A program made the translations under genes and the position numbers. Below the pieces are notes generated by a model. That model saw only the letters and a list, made by a program, of their open reading frames with translations. It had not been told where the DNA came from and made no database searches. From an uncultured Burkholderiales bacterium (lineage in GTDB: Bacteria > Actinomycetota > Acidimicrobiia > IMCC26256 > JACPCJ01), in assembly GCA_964438505.1 (NCBI GenBank), contig CAYTKN010000017.1:331-64330 (forward strand): 64,000 bases of DNA, written 5' to 3'. Shown one piece after another: positions 50,886-62,922 of the stretch. Numbering within the stretch: the stretch's first letter is position 1; every line of letters begins with the position of its first letter.

Positions 50886-51635
50886 TCAGGGCAGGGTGAG
50901 GATCTCTGGACCCTCGTCGGTCACGGCCACCGTGTGCTCGAAGTGGGCGGAGGGGGAGCCGTCCGCCGTCCGCACCGTCCAGCCGTCGTCCATCAACCGC
51001 GTGGCCGGCGATCCGGCGTTGATCATCGGCTCCAGGGCCAGCACGTAGCCGGCCTTGAGCTTGAGGCCCTTGCCCGGCGGGCCGTAGTTGGGGATCTGGG
51101 GTTCCTCGTGCATGGCGGTGCCGATCCCGTGGCCGACGTACTCGCGCACCAACCCGAACCCGGCGCCCTCGCAGATCGACTCGACCGCCCACCCCACGTC
51201 CCCGAGGCGGTTCCCCGGCACCGCTTGCTTGACGGCCTCGTCGAGCGAGCGGCGCGTCACGTCCAGGAGGCGCACGGTCTCGTCGCCCACCTCCCCGATC
51301 GGGTAGGTCGTCGCTGCGTCCGCGTGCCACCCCTCGATGATGGCCCCGGCGTCGACCGAGAGGATGTCGCCCTCGGCCAGCACCGTGTCCTCGCTCGGGA
51401 TCCCGTGCACGATCACGTCGTTCGGTGACGTGCAGATCGTGGCCGGGAACCCGTGGTAGTTGAGGAAGTTCGATCGCGCGCCCCGCTCGGCGAGCACGTC
51501 GCGGGCCACGCGATCGAGCTGCGCGGTGCTCACCCCGGGCCGCGCGGCGGCCCGCACGCGGTCGTGGATCTCGGCGACGACCCGGCCGGCAGCCCGCATG
51601 TGGGCGATCTGCTCCGCGCTCTTGCGGGTGATCAC
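50886..51635 (-). CDS. map: Methionine aminopeptidase type I
   Basis: IVHGIP, DAGA..ADAA, YVGHGIG..MHEEP, EPM, AHFEHT. Confidence 0.97.
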   Translation of the reverse strand: MITRKSAEQIAHMRAAGRVVAEIHDRVRAAARPGVSTAQLDRVARDVLAERGARSNFLNYHGFPATICTSPNDVIVHGIPSEDTVLAEGDILSVDAGAIIEGWHADAATTYPIGEVGDETVRLLDVTRRSLDEAVKQAVPGNRLGDVGWAVESICEGAGFGLVREYVGHGIGTAMHEEPQIPNYGPPGKGLKLKAGYVLALEPMINAGSPATRLMDDGWTVRTADGSPSAHFEHTVAVTDEGPEILTLP

Positions 51636-51642
51636 GACACGC

Positions 51643-52302
51643 CTACCCGGTGCGCTCGTCGAGCACCTTGACGGTGCGGTCGAAGATCTCGGACGGCTCG
51701 CCCACCCCGTCGATCTCGACGAGCAGCCCGCGCTCCGCGTAGAAGTCGATCAGGGGCGCGGTCTCGCTGTCGTAGAGATCGAGTCGCCGCTCGATCGCCT
51801 CCGGCGTGTCGTCGCTGCGCTGGACCACCTCGCCCCCGCAGTCGTCACACGTCCACTCCGACGACGGAGGGTTCTCGACGTGGTAGTTGCGTCCGCACCC
51901 CCGGCACGCCCGGCGGCCGCCGAGACGCGCCATCACCACCTCGGTCGGCACCTCGAGGTTCACGACCGCGTCGAGACCATCGAGGCCCTCGAGGACCTCC
52001 TGGAGCTTCTCCGCCTGGGGACGGGTGCGCGGGAAACCGTCGAGCACGAACCCGCGGGACGCGTCCTGCCGGGCGAGGCGGTCGCCGACCACGCGGATCA
52101 CGACGTCGTCGGGTACGAGCTCGCCGGCGTCCATGTAGCGCGCCAGCTCCCGGCCCAGGTCGGAACCCGACCGCTTCGCGGCGCGGAAGATGTCACCCGT
52201 CGAGATGTGGGGCACGTGGTAGTGCCGGGCCAGCTTGACCGCCTGGGTGCCCTTCCCGGCACCCTGCTTGCCCAGCAGCACCAGTCGGAGGCCGGGGATC
52301 AT
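51643..52302 (-). CDS. adk: Adenylate kinase with Zn-type long lid
   Basis: GKQGAGKGTQ, HISTGDIFR, LDGFPRT, CRGC..CDDC, QRSDD. Confidence 0.97.
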   Translation of the reverse strand: MIPGLRLVLLGKQGAGKGTQAVKLARHYHVPHISTGDIFRAAKRSGSDLGRELARYMDAGELVPDDVVIRVVGDRLARQDASRGFVLDGFPRTRPQAEKLQEVLEGLDGLDAVVNLEVPTEVVMARLGGRRACRGCGRNYHVENPPSSEWTCDDCGGEVVQRSDDTPEAIERRLDLYDSETAPLIDFYAERGLLVEIDGVGEPSEIFDRTVKVLDERTG

Positions 52303-52432
52303 TCGGAGTCTCGTTCCGTGGTCTCGGATGCCGGCTCGCGGATCGCCGAGCCGTACCACCCTGTCGCGTGCGGTGCGTCCCGCAGTGTCGCGTGCGGCGC
52401 GCCACGGGCGCACATGAGCGGCGACCCCCCGG

Positions 52433-53737
52433 TCAGGTCAGGAAGCCCTCGTAGTTGCGCATCATGAGCTGCGAGTCGATCTGCTTCATCGTCTCGAGCG
52501 CCACCCCGACCGTGATGAGGATCGCCACGCCGCCGAACGGGAACTGCGTGATGTTCCACGTCGCGAACACGACGAGCGGGATCACGGCGATGACGGCCAG
52601 GAACAGCGACCCCGGCAGCGTCAGCCGGTTGAGGACCTTCGCCAGGTACGTCTCGGTGGGCGGCCCCGGACGGATCCCGGGGATGAAGCCGCCTTGCTTG
52701 CGGATCACGTCGGCCTGCTGGGCCGGGTTGAACGTGATCGCCGTGTAGAAGTAGGCGAAGAAGATCACCATCAGCGTGTACAGCCCGATGTACACGGGGC
52801 TGTTCTGCTGGATCAGGTTGGCGTCGATGAAGTCCTGGGCCCACCCCCACGGGACGACGTTGGTGAGCAGCACGGGGAAGTAGAGCACCGAGCTGGCGAA
52901 GATCACCGGGATCACGCCGGACTGGTTGACCTTCAGCGGGATGTAGGTGCTCTGGCCGCCGTACATGCGACGTCCCACGACGCGCTTGGCGAACTGGACC
53001 GGGATCCGGCGCTGGCCCGACTCCACGAAGACGATCCCGACGATCATCCCGATCCCCATCAGGAGCATGAAGCCGAACTGGGCGCGCCCGCCCTGCGAGA
53101 GCACCGCGGCGCCCTGGAAGGGGAGGACGGAGACCACCGAGGCGAAGATCAGCAACGACATGCCGTTGCCGACGCCCCGCTGGCTGATCAGCTCCCCCAG
53201 CCACATGATGAACGCGGTGCCGGCGGTGAGCGTCAGCACCATCAACGCCACCCGGGGAGTGCTGAACTCGGGGATCAGGTCGGCCTGGAGACCGCCCGCG
53301 CTGCCGAAGAAGAACCCGCCCGTCCCCTGGTTGAGCGCGAACACGATGCCGGTCGACTGCATGAGCGCGAGCGAGACCGTCAGGTAGCGCGTCCACTGGG
53401 TGATCTTCTTCTGGCCGGTCTGGCCCTCCTGCTGCCACTGCTCGATCTTGGGGATCACCACGGCGAGGAGCTGCATGATGATCGACGCCGTGATGTACGG
53501 CATGATCCCGAGCGCGAAGACCGCCACGTTGGTCAGCGCGCCACCGGAGAACAGGTTGAGGAAGGACACCACCCCGCCCTGGTCGGCCTGGTCCTGGAGG
53601 CTCTGGATCGCCTCGAAGTCGACGTAGGGGACCGGGACCGCCGAACCGAGCCTGAACACGCCGATGATCAGCAGCGTGAACAGGATCTTGTTCCGCAGGT
53701 CGGGGACCCGGAACATGTTGCGGAGGCGACCCAGCAT
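52433..53737 (-). CDS. secY: Preprotein translocase SecY
   Basis: FALGIMPYITASII, GVGNGMSL, IPLKVNQSGVIP, IPGIRPG. Confidence 0.98.
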   Translation of the reverse strand: MLGRLRNMFRVPDLRNKILFTLLIIGVFRLGSAVPVPYVDFEAIQSLQDQADQGGVVSFLNLFSGGALTNVAVFALGIMPYITASIIMQLLAVVIPKIEQWQQEGQTGQKKITQWTRYLTVSLALMQSTGIVFALNQGTGGFFFGSAGGLQADLIPEFSTPRVALMVLTLTAGTAFIMWLGELISQRGVGNGMSLLIFASVVSVLPFQGAAVLSQGGRAQFGFMLLMGIGMIVGIVFVESGQRRIPVQFAKRVVGRRMYGGQSTYIPLKVNQSGVIPVIFASSVLYFPVLLTNVVPWGWAQDFIDANLIQQNSPVYIGLYTLMVIFFAYFYTAITFNPAQQADVIRKQGGFIPGIRPGPPTETYLAKVLNRLTLPGSLFLAVIAVIPLVVFATWNITQFPFGGVAILITVGVALETMKQIDSQLMMRNYEGFLT

Positions 53738-53786
53738 CAGGGGGACCTTCCTCGGTCACATCGGCTGCATCGACGGTGCCGTCAGG

Positions 53787-54281
53787 CTACCGGTTCGAAA
53801 GGGCGTTCCCGGACGCGGGAGGTCGCGGGCCCCTCCAGGGGAGCGGCAGCTCCTCGGCGGTGCCCCCCGCGGCCTCGATCGCCTCCCGAGCGCTCCGGGA
53901 GAAGCGGTGCGCCCTCACCGTCAGCGACTTGGTGAGCTCGCCACGGCCCAACAGCTTGACCAGCCCCCGCTTGGGGGTGAGCCCCCGCGCCCGCAGCGCC
54001 TCGGGGGTGACCTCCGCGCCCGCCTCGAAGTGGTTCTCGAGGACCTCCAGGTTGACCGGGTTGTACTCGACTCGGAACGGATTGCGGAAGCCCTTGAGCT
54101 TGGGGGTCCGCCGGAACAGGGGGGTCTGACCGCCCTCGAAGCCGACGGGCACCGTGTTGCGTGCCCGCTGGCCCTTCGTGCCCCGCCCCGCGGTCTTGCC
54201 CCGCCGGCCGGACGTGCCCCGGGCGACCCGACGCTTCGTCCGCTTCGAACGCTCGGGGGGCTCGAGCTCGTGGATCTTCAT
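53787..54281 (-). CDS. rplO: 50S ribosomal protein L15
   Basis: GKTAGRGTKGQ, FEGGQTPL. Confidence 0.97.
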   Translation of the reverse strand: MKIHELEPPERSKRTKRRVARGTSGRRGKTAGRGTKGQRARNTVPVGFEGGQTPLFRRTPKLKGFRNPFRVEYNPVNLEVLENHFEAGAEVTPEALRARGLTPKRGLVKLLGRGELTKSLTVRAHRFSRSAREAIEAAGGTAEELPLPWRGPRPPASGNALSNR

Positions 54282-54466
54282 CGGTCTCGGACCTCCTCGA
54301 CGTCGACGAGGTGGGGAACCTTCGCCAGCATGCCGCGGATCTCGGGGCGGTCGGGTTGGAGCACGCTCTGGCGGGGCCGCCGGAGCCCCAGGGCGCGCAC
54401 GGTGGCCCGCTGCTTCGGCTTGGCGCCGAAGATCGAGCGCCTGAGCGTGAGCCGGAGGTCGCCCAT
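54278..54466 (-). CDS. rpmD: 50S ribosomal protein L30
   Basis: TVRALGLRR, IRGMLAKVPHLV. Confidence 0.95.
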   Translation of the reverse strand: MGDLRLTLRRSIFGAKPKQRATVRALGLRRPRQSVLQPDRPEIRGMLAKVPHLVDVEEVRDR

Positions 54467-55086
54467 CACGACCCCTCGGAGGGGCCGTCGCCGGTGACGG
54501 CGTCGGCCTTCAACGCCTGCTGACGCTCGCGGTACGCGTTGAGCAGCCCCGGCGGGGTGAACTCCTCGGCCGCCAAGCCGCGGAGCTTCGCGACCTCCTC
54601 GGGACGCCGCAGCTCCTGGAGCCCGCTGATGGTGGCGCGGGCCACGTTGATGGCGTTGGCCGAACCGAGCGACTTGGAGAGGACGTCGTGGATGCCGGCC
54701 ACCTCGAGCACCGCACGCACCGCGCCGCCGGCGATCACCCCGGTACCGGGAGCGGCGGGGCGCAGCATGACCTGGGCGGCGTCGTGACGGCCGACGAGCC
54801 CGTGCGTGATGGTGCCCCCGGCCATGGGGACCTCGAACATGGACTTGCGGGCCTCGTCCATGCCCTTCTGGATGGCGAGGGGCACCTCCTTCGCCTTCCC
54901 GTAGCCCATGCCGACCTTGCCCTTGCCGTCCCCGACCACGACCAGCGCGGTGAACGAGAAGCGGCGTCCGCCCTTCACCACCTTGGCGACGCGGTTGATG
55001 TCGATGACGCGCTCCTCGAGCTGCTGCTCGCGGTCGCGGCGGTCACCGCCCCGCCGATCTCCTCTGCGGTTGCCTCGTGAGCTCAC
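54466..55086 (-). CDS. rpsE: 30S ribosomal protein S5
   Basis: [25 protein letters not shown]. Confidence 0.98.
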   Translation of the reverse strand: MSSRGNRRGDRRGGDRRDREQQLEERVIDINRVAKVVKGGRRFSFTALVVVGDGKGKVGMGYGKAKEVPLAIQKGMDEARKSMFEVPMAGGTITHGLVGRHDAAQVMLRPAAPGTGVIAGGAVRAVLEVAGIHDVLSKSLGSANAINVARATISGLQELRRPEEVAKLRGLAAEEFTPPGLLNAYRERQQALKADAVTGDGPSEGS

Positions 55087-55120
55087 GTGATGTCTCCCTG
55101 GACGATGATGGCGGACGCGG

Positions 55121-55471
55121 TCACAGCCGCAACCCGGCTTCGCGTGCGGCGCCCGCGACCGCGGCGACGCGACCGTGGTACTGGAACCCGCCCCGGTCGA
55201 AGACCACGGCGTCGATCCCGGCCTCCCGCGCCCGGCGCCCGACGAGCGCCCCGACCGCCTCGGCGGCCTCCACGGTACCCGGACGGTCGCTCGTCAGCTC
55301 GCCCTCGAGGGTCGAGGCCGCGACGATCGTGTGACCGGCGACGTCGTCGATCACCTGCGCGTAGATGTGACGGTTGGAGCGGTACACGGCGAGGCGGGGG
55401 CGTTCGGGGGTCCCGAACACCTTCTTGCGCACCCGCCGGTGCCGGTTCGCTCGTGCCTGCGGCTTGCTCAT
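55121..55471 (-). CDS. rplR: 50S ribosomal protein L18
   Basis: [28 protein letters not shown]. Confidence 0.97.
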   Translation of the reverse strand: MSKPQARANRHRRVRKKVFGTPERPRLAVYRSNRHIYAQVIDDVAGHTIVAASTLEGELTSDRPGTVEAAEAVGALVGRRAREAGIDAVVFDRGGFQYHGRVAAVAGAAREAGLRL

Positions 55472-55484
55472 GCCCTCGCTGCTC

Positions 55485-56036
55485 CTATGCTCCGGCGGCG
55501 GCGGCAGCCTTGCCGGCCTTGCGCCGGAGCTGCTCCTCGGCGTAGCGGATGCCCTTGCCCTTGTAGGGCTCGGGCCTGCGCAGCTTCCGGATGTCGGCGG
55601 CCACCTGACCCACGAGCTGCTTGTCGATCCCCAGGACGGAGACCTTGGTGGGCTCGGGGACCTCGAAGGTGATGCCCTCGGGAGCCTCGAAGCGGACCGG
55701 GTGCGAGTAGCCGAGCTGGAGCTCGAGCACGTCGCTGCCCTGGGCCTGGGCGCGGTAGCCGACGCCCACGATCTCGAGGTCCCTCCGGAAGCCGTCCGAC
55801 ACACCGGTCACCCGGTTGGCCAGCTCGGCTCGCGTGAGGCCGTGCAGGGCGCGGAGGTGGCGCTCCTCGCTGGCCCGCGCCACGAGGAGCCGTCCGTCCT
55901 CCTCGGTGACCGAGACGCCGTCGTGGAGCTCCCAGGCCCGCTCGCCCTTGGGTCCCTTGACCACGACGCGGCGTCCCTCGAGGGAGACCTCGACGCCGTC
56001 GGGGATGTCGATGGGGTTCAGTCCGACTCTCGACAT
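55485..56036 (-). CDS. rplF: 50S ribosomal protein L6
   Basis: [28 protein letters not shown]. Confidence 0.98.
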   Translation of the reverse strand: MSRVGLNPIDIPDGVEVSLEGRRVVVKGPKGERAWELHDGVSVTEEDGRLLVARASEERHLRALHGLTRAELANRVTGVSDGFRRDLEIVGVGYRAQAQGSDVLELQLGYSHPVRFEAPEGITFEVPEPTKVSVLGIDKQLVGQVAADIRKLRRPEPYKGKGIRYAEEQLRRKAGKAAAAAGA

Positions 56037-56040
56037 GGCG

Positions 56041-56445
56041 CTACCAGACGTGACAGAGGACCTCGCCACCGACGCGGCGCTTGCGCGCCTCGCGGTCGCT
56101 GAGGAGCCCTTGGTTGGTCGACAGGATCGCGACTCCGAGCCCACCGAGCACACGGGGGATGGAGTCGGCCTTCGTGTAGACGCGCAGGCCCGGCTTGGAG
56201 ACCCGCTGGATGCCGCTGATGCTCCGCTTCCGATTCGAGGTGTACTTGAGGTGCACGCGCAGCACCTTGCCCGGGTGGTCGACGGCGTCCTCCACGGCGA
56301 AGTCCTCGATGTAGCCCTCCGCCCTGAGGACCTCGGCGATCGCGGCCTTGAGCTTGGACGCCGGCATCGCGGTCTCCCGGTTGAACACCTGGTTGGCGTT
56401 CCGGATGCGGGTCAGCATGTCGGCCACGGGGTCGGTCATCGTCAT
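56041..56445 (-). CDS. rpsH: 30S ribosomal protein S8
   Basis: [26 protein letters not shown]. Confidence 0.98.
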   Translation of the reverse strand: MTMTDPVADMLTRIRNANQVFNRETAMPASKLKAAIAEVLRAEGYIEDFAVEDAVDHPGKVLRVHLKYTSNRKRSISGIQRVSKPGLRVYTKADSIPRVLGGLGVAILSTNQGLLSDREARKRRVGGEVLCHVW

Positions 56446-56461
56446 GATGCGCGCACCCCCC

Positions 56462-56647
56462 TCACCACGACGCCTTCTTGACGCCGGGGATCTCCCCGGC
56501 GTGCGCCATCTCTCTGAGGCACAGGCGACAGAGCCCGAACCTCCGGTACACGGCCCGCGCCCGGCCGCACCGGTTGCACCGGGTGTACGCCCGCGACGAG
56601 AACTTCGGTTTGCGTTGCCACTTCTCGATCAGTGCCTTGCGTGCCAC
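56462..56647 (-). CDS. rpsN: 30S ribosomal protein S14, Zn type
   Basis: [24 protein letters not shown]. Confidence 0.97.
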   Translation of the reverse strand: MARKALIEKWQRKPKFSSRAYTRCNRCGRARAVYRRFGLCRLCLREMAHAGEIPGVKKASW

Positions 56648-56651
56648 GCTC

Positions 56652-57230
56652 TCACTCCTGCTCGGTCCGGCGGAACGGGAAGCCGAGGGCACCGAGCAAC
56701 GCCCGGCCGCCCTCGTCCTCGTCCGCCGTGGTCACGATCGTGATGTCCATCCCCCGCACGGCGTCGACGTCGTCGTAGTTGACCTCGGGGAAGATGAGTT
56801 GCTCGGTCACACCGAAGGTGTAGTTCCCGCGGCCGTCGAAGCTGCGGGGACTCAGACCCCGGAAGTCGCGGATCCGGGGGATCGCCAGGGTCACCAGCCG
56901 GTCGTAGAACTCCCACATGCGCTCCCCCCGCAGCGTCACCTTCGCCCCGATCGGCTGACCCGCGCGGAGCTTGAAGCCCGCGATCGACTTGCGCGCGCGG
57001 GTGACCAGCGGCTGTTGCCCGGTGATCACCTTGAGGTCCTCGACGGCGCCGTCGATGAGGCTGGGTTGGTCGAGGGCGTCCCCGATCCCCACGTTCACGA
57101 CGATCTTGGCGAGCGTCGGAACCTGCATGACGTTGTCGAGGCCCAGCTCCTCGCGCAGCGCGTCGCGCACCTCCTCCCGGTAGCGCGCCTTCAACCGGGG
57201 TGTCGTGGTCTCCGTCGTCGGTGCGGTCAT
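56652..57230 (-). CDS. rplE: 50S ribosomal protein L5
   Basis: [31 protein letters not shown]. Confidence 0.98.
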   Translation of the reverse strand: MTAPTTETTTPRLKARYREEVRDALREELGLDNVMQVPTLAKIVVNVGIGDALDQPSLIDGAVEDLKVITGQQPLVTRARKSIAGFKLRAGQPIGAKVTLRGERMWEFYDRLVTLAIPRIRDFRGLSPRSFDGRGNYTFGVTEQLIFPEVNYDDVDAVRGMDITIVTTADEDEGGRALLGALGFPFRRTEQE

Positions 57231-57231
57231 C

Positions 57232-57552
57232 TCACAGCTCCCGTCCGCACTTCCTGCACACTCGTGTCTTCGTGCCGTCCGCGTCGATCTCGTAGCCGAT
57301 CCGGGTGGGGCCGCACTCGGGGCACAGGATGGCGACGTTGGACGCGTCGATCGGCATGTCCTTGTCGATGATCCCGCCCTGCATGGTCTGACGGCTGGGC
57401 CGCTGGTGCTTGCGCGCGGTGTTGACACCGCTCACCACCACCCGGTTGCTCTTGGGGAGCACCTGGAGGATCTCGCCCTCCCGGCCGACGTCCTTGCCGG
57501 TGAGCACCTGCACCGTGTCGCCCTTGCGCAACTTCATCTTCCTCGCCGACAT
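57232..57552 (-). CDS. rplX: 50S ribosomal protein L24
   Basis: [27 protein letters not shown]. Confidence 0.97.
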   Translation of the reverse strand: MSARKMKLRKGDTVQVLTGKDVGREGEILQVLPKSNRVVVSGVNTARKHQRPSRQTMQGGIIDKDMPIDASNVAILCPECGPTRIGYEIDADGTKTRVCRKCGREL

Positions 57553-57920
57553 CACAACACCTCTGGTGCCAGGGAGACGATCCGCATGAACCGCCGGTCG
57601 CGCAGCTCGCGTCCGACCGGTCCGAAGATCCGCGTGCCGCGGGGCTGGCCCTGGTTGTCGAGGAGGACCGCCGCGTTCTCGTCGAAGCGGATGTAGCTGC
57701 CGTCGCGACGGCGGCGCTCCTTCTTGGTGCGGACCACCACGCAGGTGACGACGTCCCCCCGCTTGACCGCGGCCCCCGGGATGGCGTCCTTGACCGTCGC
57801 GACGAAGGTGTCGCCGATGCTCGCGTAGCGCCGCTTGGTGCCTCCGAGGACGCGGATGCACAGCACCACCTTGGCCCCCGAGTTGTCGGCGACCTTGAGC
57901 CTGCTCTCCTGCTGGATCAT
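57552..57920 (-). CDS. rplN: 50S ribosomal protein L14
   Basis: [26 protein letters not shown]. Confidence 0.98.
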   Translation of the reverse strand: MIQQESRLKVADNSGAKVVLCIRVLGGTKRRYASIGDTFVATVKDAIPGAAVKRGDVVTCVVVRTKKERRRRDGSYIRFDENAAVLLDNQGQPRGTRIFGPVGRELRDRRFMRIVSLAPEVL

Positions 57921-58204
57921 CGGGCGCGCTCGACGATCTCGAGGACCCGCCACCGCTTCAGCTTGGAGATCGGCCGGGTCTCCTGGATGCGGACCGTGTC
58001 TCCCTCGTTCACGTCGTTGACCTCGTCGTGGACGTGGAACTTGCGGGTCCTCCGGACGATCTTCTTGTAGCGGGTGTGCCGGACGCGGTCGGTGACCTCG
58101 ACGACGGCGGTCTTGTCGGACTTCGCGGAGACCACCACGCCGGTGCGGATCTTCCGCTGGTTGGGGCGCTCGGCGGGGGTCTCGGCGGTCGGTCGGGCAG
58201 TCAT
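57917..58204 (-). CDS. rpsQ: 30S ribosomal protein S17
   Basis: [22 protein letters not shown]. Confidence 0.97.
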   Translation of the reverse strand: MTARPTAETPAERPNQRKIRTGVVVSAKSDKTAVVEVTDRVRHTRYKKIVRRTRKFHVHDEVNDVNEGDTVRIQETRPISKLKRWRVLEIVERAR

Positions 58205-58434
58205 CCAGCCTCCTCCTCGGTGAGGCCGAGCGCTTCGGCGGCCTGGATCTCGCGCTCCCGGATCACCGTCTTGATCCGGGCGATGTCGCTGCGGAGCTGA
58301 CCCAGGCGCGCCACGTTGTCGAGTTGTCCGGTGGCGTGCTGGAAGCGCAGGTTGAACAGCTCCTCCTTCGCCTCCTCCAGGCGCGTGATCAACTCGGCGT
58401 CCTCGAGGTCGCGGAGCTCCCGGGCCCGGGCCAT
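58201..58434 (-). CDS. rpmC: 50S ribosomal protein L29
   Basis: [21 protein letters not shown]. Confidence 0.97.
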   Translation of the reverse strand: MARARELRDLEDAELITRLEEAKEELFNLRFQHATGQLDNVARLGQLRSDIARIKTVIREREIQAAEALGLTEEEAG

Positions 58435-58850
58435 CACTCGGTCTCCTCGCGGCTCACGAACTTGCTCTTCACGGACAGCTTGTGCCCGGCGAGGCGCAGC
58501 GCCTCGCGGGCCGTGGACTCGGGGACGCCCGCCAGCTCGAACATGATGCGGCCGGGCTTGACGACGGCGACCCAGTGCTCGGGATTGCCCTTCCCCGAGC
58601 CCATGCGGGTCTCGGCGGGCTTCTCGGTCACCGGCTTGTCGGGAAACACGGTGATCCAGACCTTCCCGGTCCGCTTGATGTGGCGCGTCATGGCCACACG
58701 GGCCGCTTCGATCTGGCGGTTGCTGATCCAGCCCGGCTCGAGCGCCTGGAGCCCGTAGTCGCCGAAGCTGATGGACGTCCCGCCCGTCGCCTGGCCCCGC
58801 ATGCGGCCCCGCTGGACCTTGCGGTGACGGACCTTCCGCGGCATCAACAT
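58434..58850 (-). CDS. rplP: 50S ribosomal protein L16
   Basis: [21 protein letters not shown]. Confidence 0.98.
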   Translation of the reverse strand: MLMPRKVRHRKVQRGRMRGQATGGTSISFGDYGLQALEPGWISNRQIEAARVAMTRHIKRTGKVWITVFPDKPVTEKPAETRMGSGKGNPEHWVAVVKPGRIMFELAGVPESTAREALRLAGHKLSVKSKFVSREETE

Positions 58851-58851
58851 C

Positions 58852-59931
<1,080 letters not shown>

Positions 59932-59933
59932 GC

Positions 59934-60734
59934 CTACTCGTCCTTCTCGTCGGTCTCGGTGTCGTCGTCGTCGGCGTTCTCGTCGCCGGCGGACTGGTCG
60001 TCGCCGTCGGCGGGTGACTCCTCGTCCTCCGGCTGACTTGCTTCGGCGTCGGACTCGTCCGACGCAGAAGCATCGCCCGAGTCGTCCTCGGAACCTTCCG
60101 CCGTCGGCTCCTGCGTTTGGTCGTCAGCATCGCCCGAGTCGTCCTCGGAGCCACCCGCCGTCGGCTCCTCCGTTTGATCCGCCGGCGGCTCCTGCGTTTG
60201 GTCCGCCGTCTCGGCTTCGGCTGCCTCGGCTGCCTCTGCGGCTTCGCGGGCTTCCACCGCGGCCACGTCCTCGTCGAGGTCCTCGGCGGCGCGCTCGGCC
60301 TCCTGCTCCTCCTGGGCTCGCCGCGACGCCGCGACGCGGGCGGCCCGCGACGTGCTCCGGCGCTCCTCTCGAGCCTGCCGGGCGGCCAGGGCCTGGTCGC
60401 TCATCCGGTCGACGACGACCGTCAGGTGCGTGGTCCGCTTGTTGATGCGGGTGGCCCGCCCCCGCGCCCGGGGACGGAACCGCCGGAGCGTCATGCCCTC
60501 GTCGGCCCAGCAGCGGGAGATGTAGAGCTCGTCGCCCGGGAGCGAGACGTTGTGCTCCGCGTTGGCGATCGCCGACTCCAGCACCTTGAGGATGTCGCGC
60601 GCCGAGGCCCGCTCGTGGAAGCGGAGGAGCTCCCGGGCCTCGTCGACGTGGAGACCCCGCACCAGGTCGAGGACCTCCCGGACCTTGAACGGCGAGGTGC
60701 GCAGGTAGCGGTGTGTGGCCTTGACCTCCGGCAT
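59934..60734 (-). CDS. rplV: 50S ribosomal protein L22 with a long acidic tail
   Basis: [19 protein letters not shown]. Confidence 0.97.
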   Translation of the reverse strand: MPEVKATHRYLRTSPFKVREVLDLVRGLHVDEARELLRFHERASARDILKVLESAIANAEHNVSLPGDELYISRCWADEGMTLRRFRPRARGRATRINKRTTHLTVVVDRMSDQALAARQAREERRSTSRAARVAASRRAQEEQEAERAAEDLDEDVAAVEAREAAEAAEAAEAETADQTQEPPADQTEEPTAGGSEDDSGDADDQTQEPTAEGSEDDSGDASASDESDAEASQPEDEESPADGDDQSAGDENADDDDTETDEKDE

Positions 60735-60738
60735 GTCG

Positions 60739-61017
60739 CTACCTCGCGCTCGAGCGCTCGGAGCCCGAGTGCACCCGGAACGTGCGGGTCGGAGCGAACT
60801 CGCCGAGCTTGTGCCCGACCATCGTCTCGCTGATGTACACGGGCACGTGCTTGCGGCCGTCGTGGACGGCGATCGTGTGACCGACCATCTCGGGAACGAC
60901 CGTCGAGCGACGCGACCACGTCTTGATGACGCGGCGGTCTCCCGAGTCGTTCATCGCCTCCACCTTCTTGCGGAGGTGGTCGTCGATGAAGGGGCCCTTC
61001 TTCAGTGAACGCGGCAT
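60739..61017 (-). CDS. rpsS: 30S ribosomal protein S19
   Basis: [20 protein letters not shown]. Confidence 0.98.
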   Translation of the reverse strand: MPRSLKKGPFIDDHLRKKVEAMNDSGDRRVIKTWSRRSTVVPEMVGHTIAVHDGRKHVPVYISETMVGHKLGEFAPTRTFRVHSGSERSSAR

Positions 61018-61035
61018 GGTCGACGCTCTCCCGTC

Positions 61036-61875
61036 CTATCGGCGCTTGCCGCGGCGTGAGCGGCGGCGGCGCACGATGTCCTTCTGGCTGGCCTTCTTGC
61101 GGTTCCGGGTGCGGCCCTCGGGCTGACCCCAGGGCGACACGGGGGGACGGCCGCCCGAGCTCTTGCCCTCGCCCCCGCCGAGGGGGTGGTCGGCCGGGTT
61201 CATGGCGACCCCTCGGGTCTGGGGCCTGCGACCCTTCCAGCGCTCCCGCCCCGCCTTGCCGGACGACACCAGCTCCGCGTCGACGTTGCCGACCTGCCCG
61301 ATGGTCGCCCGGCAGTCGATGGAGACCCGCCGTCGCTCGCTGGAGGGCATCCGCAGCGTCGCGACCCGCCCCTCCTTGGCGACCAGTTGGATCGAGGCCC
61401 CGGCGCTGCGGGCCAGCTTGCCCCCCGCACCGGGCTTGAGCTCCACGTTGTGGATCTGGGTGCCCACGGGGATGTAGCGGAGAGGGAGCGCGTTGCCGGC
61501 GCGGATCTCCGCGCCCTGACCGCTGCCGAGCACGTCGTCGACCTTCACGTTGACCGGCGCCAGGATGTAGCGCTTGTCGCCGTCCGCGTAGTGGAGGAGC
61601 GCGATCCGGCAGTTGCGGTTGGGGTCGTACTCGATCGACGCCACCTTCGCCGGCACGCCGTCCTTGTCCCGCTTGAAGTCGACCACCCGGTAGTTGCGCT
61701 TGTGACCGCTGCCGCGATGGCGCGAGGTGATCCGTCCCTGGTTGTTGCGGCCACCGGTGCTGGGCTTCGGCTTGGTCAGCCGCTTCTCGGGACGCGTCTT
61801 GGTGACGGCGGAGAAGTCGGCGACGGTCTGGAACCGCCGTCCCGGGCTCGTGGGCTTTCGGTCTCGGATCGGCAT
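61036..61875 (-). CDS. rplB: 50S ribosomal protein L2
   Basis: [33 protein letters not shown]. Confidence 0.98.
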   Translation of the reverse strand: MPIRDRKPTSPGRRFQTVADFSAVTKTRPEKRLTKPKPSTGGRNNQGRITSRHRGSGHKRNYRVVDFKRDKDGVPAKVASIEYDPNRNCRIALLHYADGDKRYILAPVNVKVDDVLGSGQGAEIRAGNALPLRYIPVGTQIHNVELKPGAGGKLARSAGASIQLVAKEGRVATLRMPSSERRRVSIDCRATIGQVGNVDAELVSSGKAGRERWKGRRPQTRGVAMNPADHPLGGGEGKSSGGRPPVSPWGQPEGRTRNRKKASQKDIVRRRRSRRGKRR

Positions 61876-61885
61876 GGCTGCGTCC

Positions 61886-62182
61886 TCAGAGCTCGAACAG
61901 GTCGATGCGGTCGCCCTCGGCGAGGGTGACCACCGCGCGCTTCTGGTCGGGTCGCTTGTTCCAGTCCCCGGTGCGACGGTTGCGCCGGCGCTTCCCCTTG
62001 CGCTGCAAGGTGTTGACGTTGAGAACGTGGACGCCGAAGAGGGTCTCGACGGCGCTGCGGATCTCCACCTTGTTGGCACCGGCGTGGACGAGGAACGTGT
62101 AGACGTTCTCGTCCATGAGCGCGTAGGACTTCTCGGAGATCACCGGCGCCACGATCACGTCACGGGGGTCGCGGCCGCTCAT
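61886..62182 (-). CDS. rplW: 50S ribosomal protein L23
   Basis: PVISEKS, ANKVEI, KRAVVTL. Confidence 0.97.
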   Translation of the reverse strand: MSGRDPRDVIVAPVISEKSYALMDENVYTFLVHAGANKVEIRSAVETLFGVHVLNVNTLQRKGKRRRNRRTGDWNKRPDQKRAVVTLAEGDRIDLFEL

Positions 62183-62922
62183 CCGGCCTCCTCCTTCCCG
62201 CGGGTCGCGCCGGCTTCGCCCACGAGACGCTCGGTGAGCGCCTCCAGCGTCCCGGCGGCCAACACGACCCAGTCGGCCACCAGCACCTCGTAGGCGTTGA
62301 GCTGCGACACCTCGACGGAGCGGACCCGCTGCTCGCCCTCGAGGTTGCGGAACGACTTCCGGGTCACCGCGTCGTCGCGGTCGAGCACCACCAGGACGCG
62401 ATCGCGAGGGGCGACGCCGAACGCCGCGAGCGCCTCCTTGGCGACCCTGGTCCTGGGCTCGTCGAACGACCAGCGGTCCACCACGACGACCCTGCCCTGG
62501 CCAGCGCGGTCCGAGAGCGCCGAGCGGAGCGCGAGGCCGATCATCTTCTTCGGGGTGCGCTGCGAGTAGTCGCGGGGCTTGGGCCCGTGGGCGATGCCAC
62601 CACCCGTCCAGTGCGGGGAGCGGATCGAGCCCTGCCGGGCACGACCGGTGCCCTTCTGCTGCCACGGCTTCGAGCCGCCGCCGCGCACCTGGGCGCGGGT
62701 CCGGGTGCTGTGGGTGCCGGCCCGTGCCGCGGCGAGCTGGGCCGTGACGACCTGGTGCATCACCGCGGTGTTCGGTTCGATCCCGAACACGGGACCCGGG
62801 AGCGTGGTCTCGCCGGCGGACGAGCCGTCGAGCGTCCGCAGCTCCACCGTCACGTCGGCGGGTGCCGCGGCGCTCTTCGAGGACCGGCTCTTCGAGGACC
62901 GGCTCTTCGAGGGTGCCGGCAT
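62179..62922 (-). CDS. rplD: 50S ribosomal protein L4
   Basis: KPWQQKGTGRARQGS, GPKPRDY. Confidence 0.97.
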   Translation of the reverse strand: MPAPSKSRSSKSRSSKSAAAPADVTVELRTLDGSSAGETTLPGPVFGIEPNTAVMHQVVTAQLAAARAGTHSTRTRAQVRGGGSKPWQQKGTGRARQGSIRSPHWTGGGIAHGPKPRDYSQRTPKKMIGLALRSALSDRAGQGRVVVVDRWSFDEPRTRVAKEALAAFGVAPRDRVLVVLDRDDAVTRKSFRNLEGEQRVRSVEVSQLNAYEVLVADWVVLAAGTLEALTERLVGEAGATRGKEEAG

